Origin: a virus
Direction: 5' to 3' (one strand)
DNA length: 37,798 bases
Virus genome (UHGV): UHGV-1315295
Shown: one piece after another, positions 1 to 10,874 of the stretch
Position numbering within the stretch: position 1 is the stretch's first letter
Layout: every line of letters starts with the position of its first letter
The notes under the pieces: model-generated
What the model was told of the DNA's origin: nothing
Databases searched by the model: none
The model's input: the letters and a program-made list of their open reading frames with translations, nothing else
Program-made: the position numbers and the translations under genes

Positions 1-175
1 TAAAGCAGAGCAAATTGAAATAGTAAATTACATCAATAATCAAGTAGAAGTGACTGAGTCATCTATTGATCTGATTAAAAATAAAATAGAAAAACTAAAA
101 GAATACAAAACCACCCTGATCAATAGCGCCGTGACAGGAAAAATAAAAATCACCCCAGAAATGGTTGAGCAATAG
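1..175 (+). CDS. hsdS: Type I restriction-modification specificity subunit HsdS, C-terminal fragment (5' end outside window)
   Basis: Frame starting at nt 2 reads ...IDLIKNKIEKLKEYKTTLINSAVTGKIKITPEMVEQ then TAG at 173-175; resembles the conserved C-terminal region of HsdS; sits directly upstream of hsdR on the same strand. Confidence 0.55.
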   Translation, partial: KAEQIEIVNYINNQVEVTESSIDLIKNKIEKLKEYKTTLINSAVTGKIKITPEMVEQ

Positions 176-184
176 GACGCGAAT

Positions 185-1348
185 ATGTTCACGGTAAATC
201 ATCAAACCAACAGGATTAGTCCTGTTAGGACAAAGAAGTTCAGTGAGTTGGGCTTTACTGAGCGCAAGCATCTTCAGGAGTGGTTGGCACACGAACCTTC
301 CGCACTCGGTGAAGAGTTGTTGATTATTCAAAAAGAGTTCGATGGCTTTGATGACACCCGTGAACGCTTAGATTTACTGGCACTGGATAAAGATGGCAAC
401 TTGGTCATTATTGAAAACAATCTGGACGACAGTGGCCGCGATGTGGTGTGGCAGGCGCTTAAATATGCCTCCTACTGCGCAAGTTTAACCAAAGCGCAAA
501 TCGTTGAAATTTACCAGCAGTACTTAGACCGCTATGAGCCTGTAACAGGAGAGGTTGACTTGTTTAATACCCCTGCAAGTGCCTCTGCTAGAATATGTGA
601 GTTTTTGGATGCGCCCGATCTCGATGAGTTAAAGCTCAACCTGGGTAACAGCCAGCGCATTATGTTAGTTGCGGCAAACTTTCGCAAAGAAGTGACCAGC
701 ACCGCGCTGTGGTTATTGGGTCAAGGCATTAGCATTGCCTGCTTCAAAATCACGCCTTATTCACTGGGTGAACAGCTACTGATTAATATTGACCAGATCA
801 TTCCAACGCCAGAAGCGAAAGAGTTGATGATCGGCATTAATGCCAAGGAAGCGGAAGAAAAAACCACCGAAGTGGTACTAAAAAACCGCCATACCGTGCG
901 TCGCGAGTACTGGGAGCGTGCCTTAGAGGCGTTTCAGAAAAGCTCTTGCCAACTCTATAACAACATTAGCCCAAGCAAAGATCATTGGTTATCAGCAGGC
1001 TCAGGGCTAAGTGGATGTCCGTATAACCTGATATTTCTGCAAAAAGAGCTTCGAGTAGAGCTTTGGATCAGCCGTGGGGTTACCGAAGAGAATAAATACC
1101 TTTTTGATTTGTTGAGTCAGTCCAAACAAGACATTGAGCATACTTTTGGTGCAGAACTTGAGTGGATGAGGCTGGATGAGAAGAAATCTTGCCGTATCCA
1201 GTTTTCGACCAAAGCTGACGGGTTTAACAAAGAGACTTGGCCCCAAGCGGTTGCGTGGCACTTAGAGCAGATGACAAAGTTAGAAAAAGCCTTAAAAGGA
1301 CCGCTGCAAAAAGCGGCTGAGGCAATGAAACAGAAGAATTTTGATTAA
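185..1348 (+). CDS. Hypothetical 387-aa protein embedded between hsdS and hsdR; N-terminal restriction-endonuclease-like (PD-(D/E)xK-type) motif, C-terminal region unknown
   Basis: ORF track; AGGA 7 nt upstream of ATG 185; motif ELLIIQKEFDGFDDTRERLDLLALDKDGNLVIIENN followed by VVWQALKYASYCA resembles NucS-type nuclease cores but with E-N-N where E-x-K is expected; no Walker A so not PrrC-like. Confidence 0.5.
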   Translation: MFTVNHQTNRISPVRTKKFSELGFTERKHLQEWLAHEPSALGEELLIIQKEFDGFDDTRERLDLLALDKDGNLVIIENNLDDSGRDVVWQALKYASYCASLTKAQIVEIYQQYLDRYEPVTGEVDLFNTPASASARICEFLDAPDLDELKLNLGNSQRIMLVAANFRKEVTSTALWLLGQGISIACFKITPYSLGEQLLINIDQIIPTPEAKELMIGINAKEAEEKTTEVVLKNRHTVRREYWERALEAFQKSSCQLYNNISPSKDHWLSAGSGLSGCPYNLIFLQKELRVELWISRGVTEENKYLFDLLSQSKQDIEHTFGAELEWMRLDEKKSCRIQFSTKADGFNKETWPQAVAWHLEQMTKLEKALKGPLQKAAEAMKQKNFD

Positions 1349-1362
1349 GGGAACTTACAATT

Positions 1363-4300
1363 ATGGTCAGTCAAACCAATGAACAAGCATTAGAGTCGGC
1401 CATTGAGAAATGTCTGGCTGGGATCAGTACTGAAGAGCTCAAAGAGGGGCTGAGTCAGCAGTCACTGGGTGCTGGATACTTCATTGGTGCTGCTAGTGAC
1501 TTTAATATGCAATATGCCATTGATGAACGTTTTTTCTGGCAATTTCTGCAAAAGACACAAGAAGTAGAGTTGGCCAAACTGCAAAAGAACAACCCCTCAG
1601 ATTGGCAACGTAAGTTACTCGAACGATTTGACCGACTGATTAAGAAGCATGGCATTCTTCATTTACTTAAGAAAGGGCTAAGCGTAGACGATGCTCATTT
1701 CAATTTGCTCTATCCAGCCCCTTTGGCAAGTAGTAGTGAGAAGGTAAAGCAAAACTTTGCAGATAACGTGTTTAGTTGTACTCGCCAAGTGCGCTATTCC
1801 ATGGTAAATCCCCTACAAGAAATCGACATGGTATTGTTTATCAACGGAATACCCTTGATAACGCTGGAGTTGAAGAACGCATGGACCGGGCAAACAGCAC
1901 GTTATCACGGCCAAAAGCAGTATCGAGATGATCGGGATGCAACTCAGCCATTGCTGACCTTTGGCCGCTGCCTAGTGCATATGGCGGTCGATACCGACGA
2001 AGTGTATATGACCACCAAGTTATCAGGTAGCAGTACATTCTTCTTGCCGTTCAATAAAGGTCACAATCTTGGACAAGGCAACCCGCCGAATCCATCTGGC
2101 CATAAAACGGCATACCTATGGCAAGAAGTATTCACTAAAGACAGCTTGGCGAATATTATTCAGCATTTTGTGCGTCTGGATGGGTCAAGCAAAGATCCAT
2201 TACCCAAGCGAACCCTGTTCTTTCCTCGATACCATCAATTGGATGTGGTGAGAAAATTAGTAGACCATGCCGCCCAGCACGGTGTCGGTCAGACTTACTT
2301 AATTCAACACTCAGCCGGTTCAGGTAAGTCTAACTCGATTACCTGGGCAGCTTATCAGCTAATTGAAACCTATCCTGCTTCGTCTGATGTGGCAGGCGGA
2401 AAAAGCTTGGAGCAGCCGTTGTTTGACTCTGTGATTGTGGTCACCGATAGACGCCTATTGGACAAGCAGCTGCGGGATAACATTAAAGAGTTTTCTGAAG
2501 TAAAGAACATTATTGCCCCAGCGAATAAGTCTTCTGAGCTTAAGCAGGCGCTGGAGAATGGCAAAAAGATTATTATAACGACGATTCAGAAATTCCCGTT
2601 CATTATTGATGGTATCGCCGATCTTAGTGACAAGCGCTTTGCAGTGATCATCGATGAAGCACACAGCTCACAGTCTGGTTCGGCGCATGACAATATGAAC
2701 CGAGCGATGGGCAAGTCTGAAGTCGAAGAGGCAGAAGATGCTCAGGATAAAATCCTTCAGGCGATGAGATCGCGTAAGATGCGCGGGAATGCGTCGTACC
2801 TGGCATTTACAGCGACACCAAAAAACAGCACTTTGGAGAAATTTGGTCAACGCCAAGAAGATGGCTCTTACAAGCCGTTTCACTTGTATTCGATGAAACA
2901 AGCCATTGAAGAAGGCTTCATCTTGGATGTGCTGGCAAATTATACGACGTACAAAAGTTATTATGAGATTGAGAAATCAATTGCTGATAACCCTGAGTTT
3001 GATACCAAAAAGGCGCAGAAAAAACTCAGAGCTTATGTAGAACGAAGCCAGCAAACAATTGATATCAAGGCAGAGATTATGCTGGAGCATTTTGTTCCGC
3101 ATGTCGTGAATACGAAAAAGCTCAAAGGTAAAGGTAAAGGAATGGTGGTCACTCAAAATATTGAGGCGGCCATTCGATACTACAAAGCGATAAGGCGAAT
3201 ACTTGAGGAGCAAGGAAACCCGTTTAAAGTTGCCATTGCTTTCTCAGGAACCAAAGAAGTTGATGGTATTGAATATACCGAAGCAGATATTAATGGTTTT
3301 GCCGAGTCAGATACCAAAGATATGTTTGATACCGATGAGTATCGACTTTTAGTGGTTGCTAACAAGTATCTGACTGGGTTTGACCAGCCTAAGCTTTGCG
3401 CCATGTATGTAGATAAGAAGCTCGCCAGTGTCTTGTGTGTTCAGGCGCTATCTAGGCTCAATCGCAGTGCACCTAAGCTAGGGAAGAAAACAGAAGACTT
3501 GTTTATCCTGGATTTTTTCAACTCGGTTGAAGATATTCAATCAGCATTCGATCCTTTCTATACAGCAACGTCATTGTCCCAAGCTACAGATATAAACGTA
3601 CTGCACGAGTTGAAAGATGAAATGGACGATGTCGGTGTGTACGAGTGGTATGAAGTTGAAGACTTTGTGACGCGTTATTTCAAGAATGAAGACGCCCAAA
3701 CACTCAGTCCAATCATTGATATTGCCGCAGCGCGGTTTGACCATGAACTAGATCTTGAAGCTGAAGCTAAAGTGGACTTTAAGATTAAAGCCAAACAGTT
3801 CGTTAAAATCTATGGGCAGATGGCTTCTATCATGCCTTATGAAATGGTCAGCTGGGAAAAACTGTTTTGGTTCCTGAAGTTTTTAATACCGAAATTGAAA
3901 GTGGAAGATCCCGATGCTAATGCTATTGATGAGCTTCTCGATTCTGTCGATCTGAGTTCATACGGTTTGCAACGTGTGAAGCTTAACCACAGCATTAAAC
4001 TTAGTGACCAAGAAGCGGAGCTTGATCCTCAAAATCCGAACCCACGTGGGGTGCATGGCGGTGAAAAAGAAACTGACCCGCTGGATGAAATCATTCGCAC
4101 ATTTAATGAGCGATGGTTCCAGGGCTGGAGTGCCACACCTGAAGAGCAAAAGGTTAAGTTCGTGAACATCGCTGAAAGTATCCGCAATCACCCTGACTTC
4201 GAATCGAAATACAAAAACAACCCAGATCCCCATAATCGAAATTTGGCCTTCGAAAAAATGCTCAAGGAAATCATGCTGCAACGCCGTAAAGATGAACTTG

Positions 4301-4380
4301 AGCTCTACAAGTTGTTCGCAGGAGATTCAGCATTTAAAGCCTCGTGGACGCAAAGTATGCAACGAATGGTGGGTAGGTAG
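1363..4380 (+). CDS. hsdR: Type I restriction enzyme R subunit (HsdR), DEAH-box helicase/nuclease
   Basis: 1005 aa; N-terminal nuclease motif [18 protein letters not shown]; Walker A GSGKSNS; DEAH box IIDEAHSS; size and order typical of HsdR. Confidence 0.9.
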   Translation: MVSQTNEQALESAIEKCLAGISTEELKEGLSQQSLGAGYFIGAASDFNMQYAIDERFFWQFLQKTQEVELAKLQKNNPSDWQRKLLERFDRLIKKHGILHLLKKGLSVDDAHFNLLYPAPLASSSEKVKQNFADNVFSCTRQVRYSMVNPLQEIDMVLFINGIPLITLELKNAWTGQTARYHGQKQYRDDRDATQPLLTFGRCLVHMAVDTDEVYMTTKLSGSSTFFLPFNKGHNLGQGNPPNPSGHKTAYLWQEVFTKDSLANIIQHFVRLDGSSKDPLPKRTLFFPRYHQLDVVRKLVDHAAQHGVGQTYLIQHSAGSGKSNSITWAAYQLIETYPASSDVAGGKSLEQPLFDSVIVVTDRRLLDKQLRDNIKEFSEVKNIIAPANKSSELKQALENGKKIIITTIQKFPFIIDGIADLSDKRFAVIIDEAHSSQSGSAHDNMNRAMGKSEVEEAEDAQDKILQAMRSRKMRGNASYLAFTATPKNSTLEKFGQRQEDGSYKPFHLYSMKQAIEEGFILDVLANYTTYKSYYEIEKSIADNPEFDTKKAQKKLRAYVERSQQTIDIKAEIMLEHFVPHVVNTKKLKGKGKGMVVTQNIEAAIRYYKAIRRILEEQGNPFKVAIAFSGTKEVDGIEYTEADINGFAESDTKDMFDTDEYRLLVVANKYLTGFDQPKLCAMYVDKKLASVLCVQALSRLNRSAPKLGKKTEDLFILDFFNSVEDIQSAFDPFYTATSLSQATDINVLHELKDEMDDVGVYEWYEVEDFVTRYFKNEDAQTLSPIIDIAAARFDHELDLEAEAKVDFKIKAKQFVKIYGQMASIMPYEMVSWEKLFWFLKFLIPKLKVEDPDANAIDELLDSVDLSSYGLQRVKLNHSIKLSDQEAELDPQNPNPRGVHGGEKETDPLDEIIRTFNERWFQGWSATPEEQKVKFVNIAESIRNHPDFESKYKNNPDPHNRNLAFEKMLKEIMLQRRKDELELYKLFAGDSAFKASWTQSMQRMVGR

Positions 4381-4394
4381 AAAGGAGTGATGGT

Positions 4395-5080
<686 letters not shown>

Positions 5081-5260
5081 CCACTTCATCTACACTCGCG
5101 GCATTGGAAGCAAAGATATGGTCGTCTGGCACCTGATGCACATTGATAAGGCTATCAACCACACGCTGGAGAAGTTCTTTCCACCAGCCTGAACACAATG
5201 ATTGTGCGCCTTATAGCGCCCATTAAGATAGATAAGTACTTACCAATAAGGAGAAAACAC

Positions 5261-5536
5261 ATGAAGACTTTGGTTCGCATTTCATCTAGTACCGACTATG
5301 ACGTTTACCCGTTGTTCATGATCAAGTGCGACGGGCTGAACGATGAAGAAATTCAAGCGGCAATTGAACGCAATCTAGTTGAATACACAGGAATGGATGC
5401 GGATTCTATTTATATCGATGATGACGGTGTTTGTTGGCACAACGGTAGCTGCTGGTACGTCGACGACACAATGCTGGTAAGCGATGAAGACGCGGCCCAT
5501 CTTGAGCGCATTTTGGGTATCAGCACTTTTGAGTGA
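5261..5536 (+). CDS. Hypothetical small acidic protein (91 aa)
   Basis: ATG 5261 preceded by AGGAG; ORF track frame; start context AGGAGAAAACACATG shared with other genes in the window. Confidence 0.45.
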   Translation: MKTLVRISSSTDYDVYPLFMIKCDGLNDEEIQAAIERNLVEYTGMDADSIYIDDDGVCWHNGSCWYVDDTMLVSDEDAAHLERILGISTFE

Positions 5537-5751
5537 TATTTACAGCAAAAATATATAAGTTAGCATTTACCTATCATTAAAATTTTATTAGATATCACGT
5601 TACTTATTACCTCGATAGCCTTTGTGCTCGACTGCATCTTCACAGGGGCAATCCGTAAAGCGCTGGCGCCTGTTAATGATGTGATGATCAATGCGCTGGC
5701 CGTAGTACTGGTCTTCGACTCAGCATTAGGCGTTTTCAAAGGAGTCGTGGC

Positions 5752-6087
5752 ATGAAGAAAACAGCCCTGGTACTGGCGCTGCTCACTCTCCCCGTCTTTG
5801 CGGACACACATGTCTATGAGTGCGAAATGTTTGTGGTCGAAGCGAAAAACGGCCTGATCCGCAACGTCGTCAAAGCTAATTACGGCGCGATGGTTGTGGA
5901 CCGCGGCGAACAGTTTTATGTGGTACGCGATAATCGTGTCCTGTCTTCCCCGTTTCTCACTAAACGTAACGGCGAACTATCTGGCGTAGGTAAAGATAGG
6001 TTCGTTTACAACAAATCGGGTGATGTATACGGCGTTCACGCGAAGAACGACAGCTACCTTTTCGATGACTGCAAGGAGATTAGTTGA
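5752..6087 (+). CDS. Hypothetical secreted protein (predicted N-terminal signal peptide)
   Basis: MKKTALVLALLTLPVFA-DTH: charged N-terminus, hydrophobic core and A-x-A-like cleavage region; GGAG RBS. Confidence 0.5.
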   Translation: MKKTALVLALLTLPVFADTHVYECEMFVVEAKNGLIRNVVKANYGAMVVDRGEQFYVVRDNRVLSSPFLTKRNGELSGVGKDRFVYNKSGDVYGVHAKNDSYLFDDCKEIS

Positions 6088-6299
6088 TGGCGGTTACACT
6101 GACAGGTCTGGAAATCGAAAAAACAAGCGGCTACTGGCGTGCCAAAGGGTTCAAGCAGTCCGGCGTACTGGAACGACTGGAACGTGAAGATGGGTATATT
6201 GTTCACCAGCGACGTGAATGGCGCATGTACGATCCGGAAACAGGTAAGCTCGCAACGAAGGCCGGGACACTCTGGGGTCTGCTGAAGAAAATCCACTGA
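6084..6299 (+). CDS. Hypothetical protein (71 aa)
   Basis: ORF track; start overlaps the upstream stop, suggesting translational coupling with 5752-6087. Confidence 0.4.
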   Translation: MMAVTLTGLEIEKTSGYWRAKGFKQSGVLERLEREDGYIVHQRREWRMYDPETGKLATKAGTLWGLLKKIH

Positions 6300-6308
6300 T
6301 AACACTAT

Positions 6309-6946
6309 CCACTGCGGTGAGTAGCCAGCTCACCGCGTGTGAATCCGGCTCATAACCACTGTAGCGAGTAGAACACCCTTCAGGTATGCACCCCAACCAC
6401 TGTAGTGAGTAGAACACCATTCGGGTATGCACCCCAACCACTGTAGTGAGCAACCCCCCTGCCACGATATCAACTATCCACTGTAGTGAGTAAATTGGTG
6501 ATTATCGGGGTCGCTATACACTGTAGTGAGTAAACAGGCGTTCACTGACTACAAACAACCACTATAGAGAGTGATGGAATGCTCCCTCCAGCGGATATCC
6601 ACTATGGAGAGTAAATCTTCGCTGTTTTAAACGGATATCCACTCACTACAGTGGATAGAGGTCAAGTCAGCCAATTCTGCTCTTCACAGTGGATAGTCAA
6701 CAATGAGGAGAGCGACGATAACCGCTGTAGAGAGTAGACTTAACAGAGATACCCAGTGACCGCTAACCTCTCAGCCCTTGTTTTATCTATGTTTGCAACC
6801 ACTAACATTTACTTCGCGATTTGTGCGCACTGCCTACAGTGGTTATTCTTCGGTTTCTTTTACTCACTACAGTGGATATTGCATTTCCGATAAACAAAAA
6901 GGCTCACTACAGTAGATAGTGAGCCTTTTTACTCTCTACAGTGGTT
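6309..6946. repeat. Iteron array downstream of repA (incA-like copy-control locus): about 15 copies of CCACTGTAGTGAGTA-type repeat in both orientations
   Basis: Copies at 6309-6323, 6356-6370, 6397-6411, 6438-6452, 6478-6492, 6518-6532, 6559-6573, 6599-6613, 6722-6736 (forward) and 6641-6654, 6682-6696, 6834-6846, 6861-6878, 6903-6918, 6931-6946 (reverse); includes a 41-bp tandem duplication 6356-6396/6397-6437. Confidence 0.8.
6896..6930. terminator. Bidirectional hairpin terminator at the repA 3' end, incorporating an iteron
   Basis: AAAAA-AGGCTCACTA-cagtag-TAGTGAGCCT-TTTTT: 10-bp perfect stem with A-run and T-run on either side. Confidence 0.5.
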
Positions 6947-6949
6947 GGG

Positions 6950-8005
6950 CTATTTGCGAGCCTTTGCCTTGCGCAGCTCTTCGAGAATCGCCAGTTCTTC
7001 CTTGCTCAACATGACCATTTCCCCGTCTTTTTCTTCAGGGGCAACATCGATAATGTCCTCCGGATCATCACCTGGCAAGATATCTTCTGGCTCTTCAGGC
7101 GTAGCCATAGATGGCGGCAGTGCCGAACGTAACTTCGGCCGTCTATAGTGGATGACGAAGTAGACCGAGCTGCCGCGTTTCACTTCAGTGTAATCGAGAT
7201 AGCCGATCTCTCGCAGCTGCTCCATCGCCTTCCTGACTGTCGCATTCTGGGTAATGGTGCGGCTGGTTAAGTTAAGTCTGGCGCGTAAGCGAGCCAATGA
7301 GATTGGCGCCGGGTCTGGTGGCAAACTTTCAATGAAGGTGTAGAGCGCCTGCGCGGATTCTTTTCTGGAGAGTTCGTTGATGGCCCGAAGTTGCAAAAGC
7401 ACCTTTTTGTCGAACTGGTAAAGTTCGAAAATCTTAGGATCGGCCTTCAGTTCGACCGTGTCATTCTTGGTACTGTACTTTGCCGTCTGCACAAGGTGCG
7501 TAACGTAATACTCTTCAGAGCCTTTGCTGCGGAATGAGATGGTGTTTGTGGCGATACGACTTAGAGAGCTGTCCAGGCGCTTACGTAACTTCGCGGACGA
7601 TCTGGCTGTTGGTATGCCACAAAGTCTGACGAACTCGACGAACGGCAACGTGACGGTGTCACCAACAACCTTGTGCTTGGCGAACGCGTGGATGATGCCC
7701 ACCCATGTTTTGAAATCGTTATCCATATCAAGACGAAGACCAGCAATCCTTATATCCTCGTACCCTTCGGCTTTGGCCAGAGACAGCTGTTTGAGTTCAG
7801 CGGAGGCGTCCATAGAGACCATTTGCCCCTTTCTACCCCTGGATGTCGATTTCAGCGTCGGAACGAAGAGACCAAGACGCATCAGAGCAACAGGTTGAAC
7901 TGTGTTGTTGGTGTTAGGAACTAACGTAACAACTTCGCCGGTCTTTTTGTCTGTTTCGGAAAATGCTTCGCTTATCGCAATGTTTTTATTGTCGTTTACG
8001 CTCAT
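6950..8005 (-). CDS. repA: Replication initiator RepA (P1/IncY-type iteron-binding initiator)
   Basis: 351 aa; blocks [64 protein letters not shown] match my recollection of P1 RepA; flanked on both sides by iterons. Confidence 0.8.
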   Translation of the reverse strand: MSVNDNKNIAISEAFSETDKKTGEVVTLVPNTNNTVQPVALMRLGLFVPTLKSTSRGRKGQMVSMDASAELKQLSLAKAEGYEDIRIAGLRLDMDNDFKTWVGIIHAFAKHKVVGDTVTLPFVEFVRLCGIPTARSSAKLRKRLDSSLSRIATNTISFRSKGSEEYYVTHLVQTAKYSTKNDTVELKADPKIFELYQFDKKVLLQLRAINELSRKESAQALYTFIESLPPDPAPISLARLRARLNLTSRTITQNATVRKAMEQLREIGYLDYTEVKRGSSVYFVIHYRRPKLRSALPPSMATPEEPEDILPGDDPEDIIDVAPEEKDGEMVMLSKEELAILEELRKAKARK

Positions 8006-8048
8006 TCCAAATGTCTCTTTTTATTCGACGGCTTGGGTGCCTTTACTG

Positions 8049-8168
8049 ATTACAGTGGATAGTAGCACCCATCACAGTGGTTATCCTACCGCCTACAGCG
8101 GTTTTTCTACTCTCCATAGTGGTTGATTTACTCTCTATAGTGGTTGTTATTCTCACTATAGTGGATAT
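8049..8168. repeat. Iteron cluster 1 upstream of repA (origin/incC-like), 6 copies
   Basis: ACAGTGGATAG, CACAGTGGTTAT, CTACAGCGGTTTT, CTCCATAGTGGTTG, CTCTATAGTGGTTG, CACTATAGTGGATA; same family as the downstream iterons. Confidence 0.75.
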
Positions 8169-8214
8169 CGATAACCTCTAAAGCCATGTGGCACAACGGT
8201 TTGCAGGGGCCGGG

Positions 8215-8273
8215 GATCTCTTTGGGTCTTTGTGGTTCTCTTTGGTTCTAACAGGGATCTGAATTACTGGATC
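8215..8273. promoter_or_regulatory. GATC cluster 1 (3 Dam sites) adjacent to iteron cluster 1
   Basis: GATC at 8215, 8256, 8270 within GGGATCTC / GGGATCTG / GGATCGAG heptamer-like units. Confidence 0.4.
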
Positions 8274-8446
8274 GAGCCTGTGTATAAAAATCAGATAATT
8301 ACAAAATCAGGCATCACTCCCCTTCTGGGGATAATGTGTGATCGAAATAAACACGCCGCAACGCAAAATTTACAATATTTCCAAGAATATCAGCCATCTG
8401 CCGCAGAAAAACAGGCTCGGAGTTATCCAGTTAAAACATTGTCTCC

Positions 8447-8551
8447 TACTCACTACAGTGGATACCGACTACTCTCCAGAGAGGTTGTTTTGCTCTTCAT
8501 AGCGGTTATTATGCTCTCTACAGTGGTTATTTTGCTCCCTATAGTGGATAG
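8447..8551. repeat. Iteron cluster 2 (5 copies), a second origin-like module
   Basis: TACTCACTACAGTGGATA, CTCTTCATAGCGGTTAT, CTCTCTACAGTGGTTAT, CTCCCTATAGTGGATAG plus one degenerate copy. Confidence 0.7.
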
Positions 8552-8590
8552 TAACCCCTTCTCAAGCCAGTAACCGCAAGCGCTGGAGAC

Positions 8591-8648
8591 GATCGGGGAT
8601 CTCTTTTGATCTTCTGTAGGATCTCTCTGGGGATCTAAATATTGGATC
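8591..8648. promoter_or_regulatory. GATC cluster 2: six GATC sites in 58 bp
   Basis: GATC at 8591, 8598, 8608, 8620, 8632, 8645; the flank resembles the 8205-8280 segment (duplicated module). Confidence 0.5.
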
Positions 8649-8747
8649 GGACCTGTGAATAAAGTGAATAAGTAAACAGGCATTTGCAAACTCCGGTGCG
8701 CCTTATCCGTTATCGTTGCCCCGGACAAAATTATTTGAACAAGAATT

Positions 8748-9392
8748 ATGGATCTTAAACGCACGCGCTGGGTTCGCCGTCTTGAAGATGGCTCCTACAC
8801 CATTGAATCAAACACTAGTCTGAACAAACTGAAGTTGCTCTGCGACCTTTGCGGCATTGCTTCGAAATGCCCGATTAACGAAACCCGGCTTAAACTCCAC
8901 GACGCCGGTGCGCATTTCCACCTAAACAGCTGCATACGTTACGTGCCACTACTAGCATTTCGTAAACCGATCATCGGATTGGATGCTCCCTACTTCAACA
9001 CACTGCGCTCTGGTGTCACTTGGCGAGATCGTGTCGAACCTGGCAAACTCGTTTGTCTGGTTGAAGCTGATACCGGAAATATCATCCGGTTCGGGAGAGT
9101 TGATAAGGTCTACTCAGGCCCGGTGGATGAAATGCTGCGGAAACACAGCCGATTTAACCATCTCTGCATGGGCGGAGAGAAGATTGAGAAGGTTGGCGAA
9201 GTAATTCGCAAATCTTACGGACACTTTCTGAATGATAACAGCCTTCTGACAGCCATTTACATTCGCCATGTCGATCGGGAGTTCGACACGGAGTATCACA
9301 GTGTTGAAGAGTTGAATCTTGTAGACCCTCGTCCAAAAGCTGGGGTAATAGACATCAGCAGAGCGCGTCAGAAGCCCTCAGAGACGTTTTAA
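8748..9392 (+). CDS. Hypothetical protein (214 aa)
   Basis: ORF track; first gene after the origin-like region. Confidence 0.5.
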   Translation: MDLKRTRWVRRLEDGSYTIESNTSLNKLKLLCDLCGIASKCPINETRLKLHDAGAHFHLNSCIRYVPLLAFRKPIIGLDAPYFNTLRSGVTWRDRVEPGKLVCLVEADTGNIIRFGRVDKVYSGPVDEMLRKHSRFNHLCMGGEKIEKVGEVIRKSYGHFLNDNSLLTAIYIRHVDREFDTEYHSVEELNLVDPRPKAGVIDISRARQKPSETF

Positions 9393-9788
9393 AGGCAAAC
9401 TCATGCTTTTTACCGGGCATAAAATATGGTGTCTTAGAAAGACACTGAGAGCTTTAGGGATTAATGCATGAGTGAATTTTATTCAAGAGCAGAAACTGTG
9501 GCCGACGGATGCGTTTGAAGACGACGCACGCAAACGCCGTAGATGTCATCTCACAACTTCACCGTCCGTTCTCCTTTTTCATTTCTTGTCATCAGTAAAT
9601 GACTGCTCTCATAAAATTGCTTGTGACGTTTAGAAATCGTTGCTGCCCTATCTGATAGGTATTTACTTACTTATTTTTTTGTCATTATCATGTGCCTTTA
9701 TATTCTTTTGTGTTCCGTGTTGTCTGGGTTGTATGCCTCTTATGCACGCTTAGAATTTGTATCAAAATAACCACAAAGGAAAAGACAC

Positions 9789-10874
9789 ATGACATTGCCA
9801 TACGGGGTAATATCAGATCCCCATTATCATCGTTGGGATGCTTTTGCGACAACAAACGCTGACGGGCTTAACTCTCGGCTGGAGATCCAACTGGACGCTA
9901 CGAAGGAGGCGGCCAAAGCGATGAAAGCTGCTGGCTGTAAGCACATGCTGGTAGCTGGTGATACCTTCCATGTTCGCGGTGCTATATCACCTTCCGTTCT
10001 GCATTTCGTGACCGAAACTTACGAGTGGATCATCAAAGAGTTGGGTCTCAAGGTGGTAATGCTGGCTGGCAACCACGACCTCGAAACCAACAATTCCGTA
10101 TACAGCGCCAATGCAGCAGCCTCTCTGCGCTCAATCGGTGTGGAAATCGTCTGCGGCAAACGTCCTCATTCCATCAAAATGGGCGACGTAACCGTCCATC
10201 TGATTAGCTGGCGTAATAACCACGCAGAACTTATCAGCGATCTCAAAACGCTGCGTTCCGGGCTGGATGGTGACAACCATGATGTTGTTGTACATACCTC
10301 AATCAACAAAGCGATCCCCACCATGCCCGATGTCGGCATCGACGCACAGGAACTGAAAGATATCGGCTTCCGTTTATTGTTGTCCGGGCACTACCACAAC
10401 CACAAAGAAGTGCTGCCTGGAGTGGTAAGTATCGGGGCGCTGACACACCAGAATTGGGGGGATGTTGGTTCACTGGCCGGCTTCATGATCGTCAAACCGG
10501 ACGGCTCATTCACTCACCACGAAACCTCGGCACCTAAATTCGTGAACCTTGAGGACGATGTAGATGACGATCAGATTCGCGGCAACTACGTGCGCTTCCG
10601 TGCCGTTGTTGAGAGCGATGAAGAAGGCATCAAACTTCAGAACGTCCTGAAAACAATGGGCGCGAAGGGTGTCGTCTGCAACTTCATTCGCAAGGCATCG
10701 ATGATGGAAGGCGCTGCCAGTACTGCGGAAACCAGCAAAATTGACAGCCTGGGCGAGTCCGTTGCGGCGTACTGCAAGATCGTTCACGACACTGACGGTG
10801 GCTTCGACCTGAGCAAGCTGGACATACTGTGTCAGGAGATCTTGACCGAAGCAGAGAGTGCGGAGGCTGTGTGA
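9789..10874 (+). CDS. sbcD: SbcD/Mre11-family metallophosphoesterase nuclease
   Basis: Motifs DPHYH, GDTFH, GNHD, GHYH typical of calcineurin-like phosphoesterase nucleases; immediately upstream of an SbcC/Rad50-like ATPase. Confidence 0.75.
   Translation: MTLPYGVISDPHYHRWDAFATTNADGLNSRLEIQLDATKEAAKAMKAAGCKHMLVAGDTFHVRGAISPSVLHFVTETYEWIIKELGLKVVMLAGNHDLETNNSVYSANAAASLRSIGVEIVCGKRPHSIKMGDVTVHLISWRNNHAELISDLKTLRSGLDGDNHDVVVHTSINKAIPTMPDVGIDAQELKDIGFRLLLSGHYHNHKEVLPGVVSIGALTHQNWGDVGSLAGFMIVKPDGSFTHHETSAPKFVNLEDDVDDDQIRGNYVRFRAVVESDEEGIKLQNVLKTMGAKGVVCNFIRKASMMEGAASTAETSKIDSLGESVAAYCKIVHDTDGGFDLSKLDILCQEILTEAESAEAV

Noticed and set aside
1455-4281. Multiple short minus-strand ORFs antisense to hsdR
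   Set aside because: They are embedded in a confidently assigned 1005-aa gene and have no start signals or recognisable protein features.
6945-7924. Plus-strand ORFs antisense to repA (6941-7132, 6945-7148, 7524-7898, 7673-7924)
   Set aside because: They lie entirely inside the well-supported repA gene on the opposite strand and lack RBSs.
6309-8551. Repeat arrays that could be mistaken for a CRISPR array
   Set aside because: Repeats occur in both orientations with irregular spacing, are only 15-19 bp, flank a RepA-type initiator gene and have no cas genes nearby; iterons explain them.
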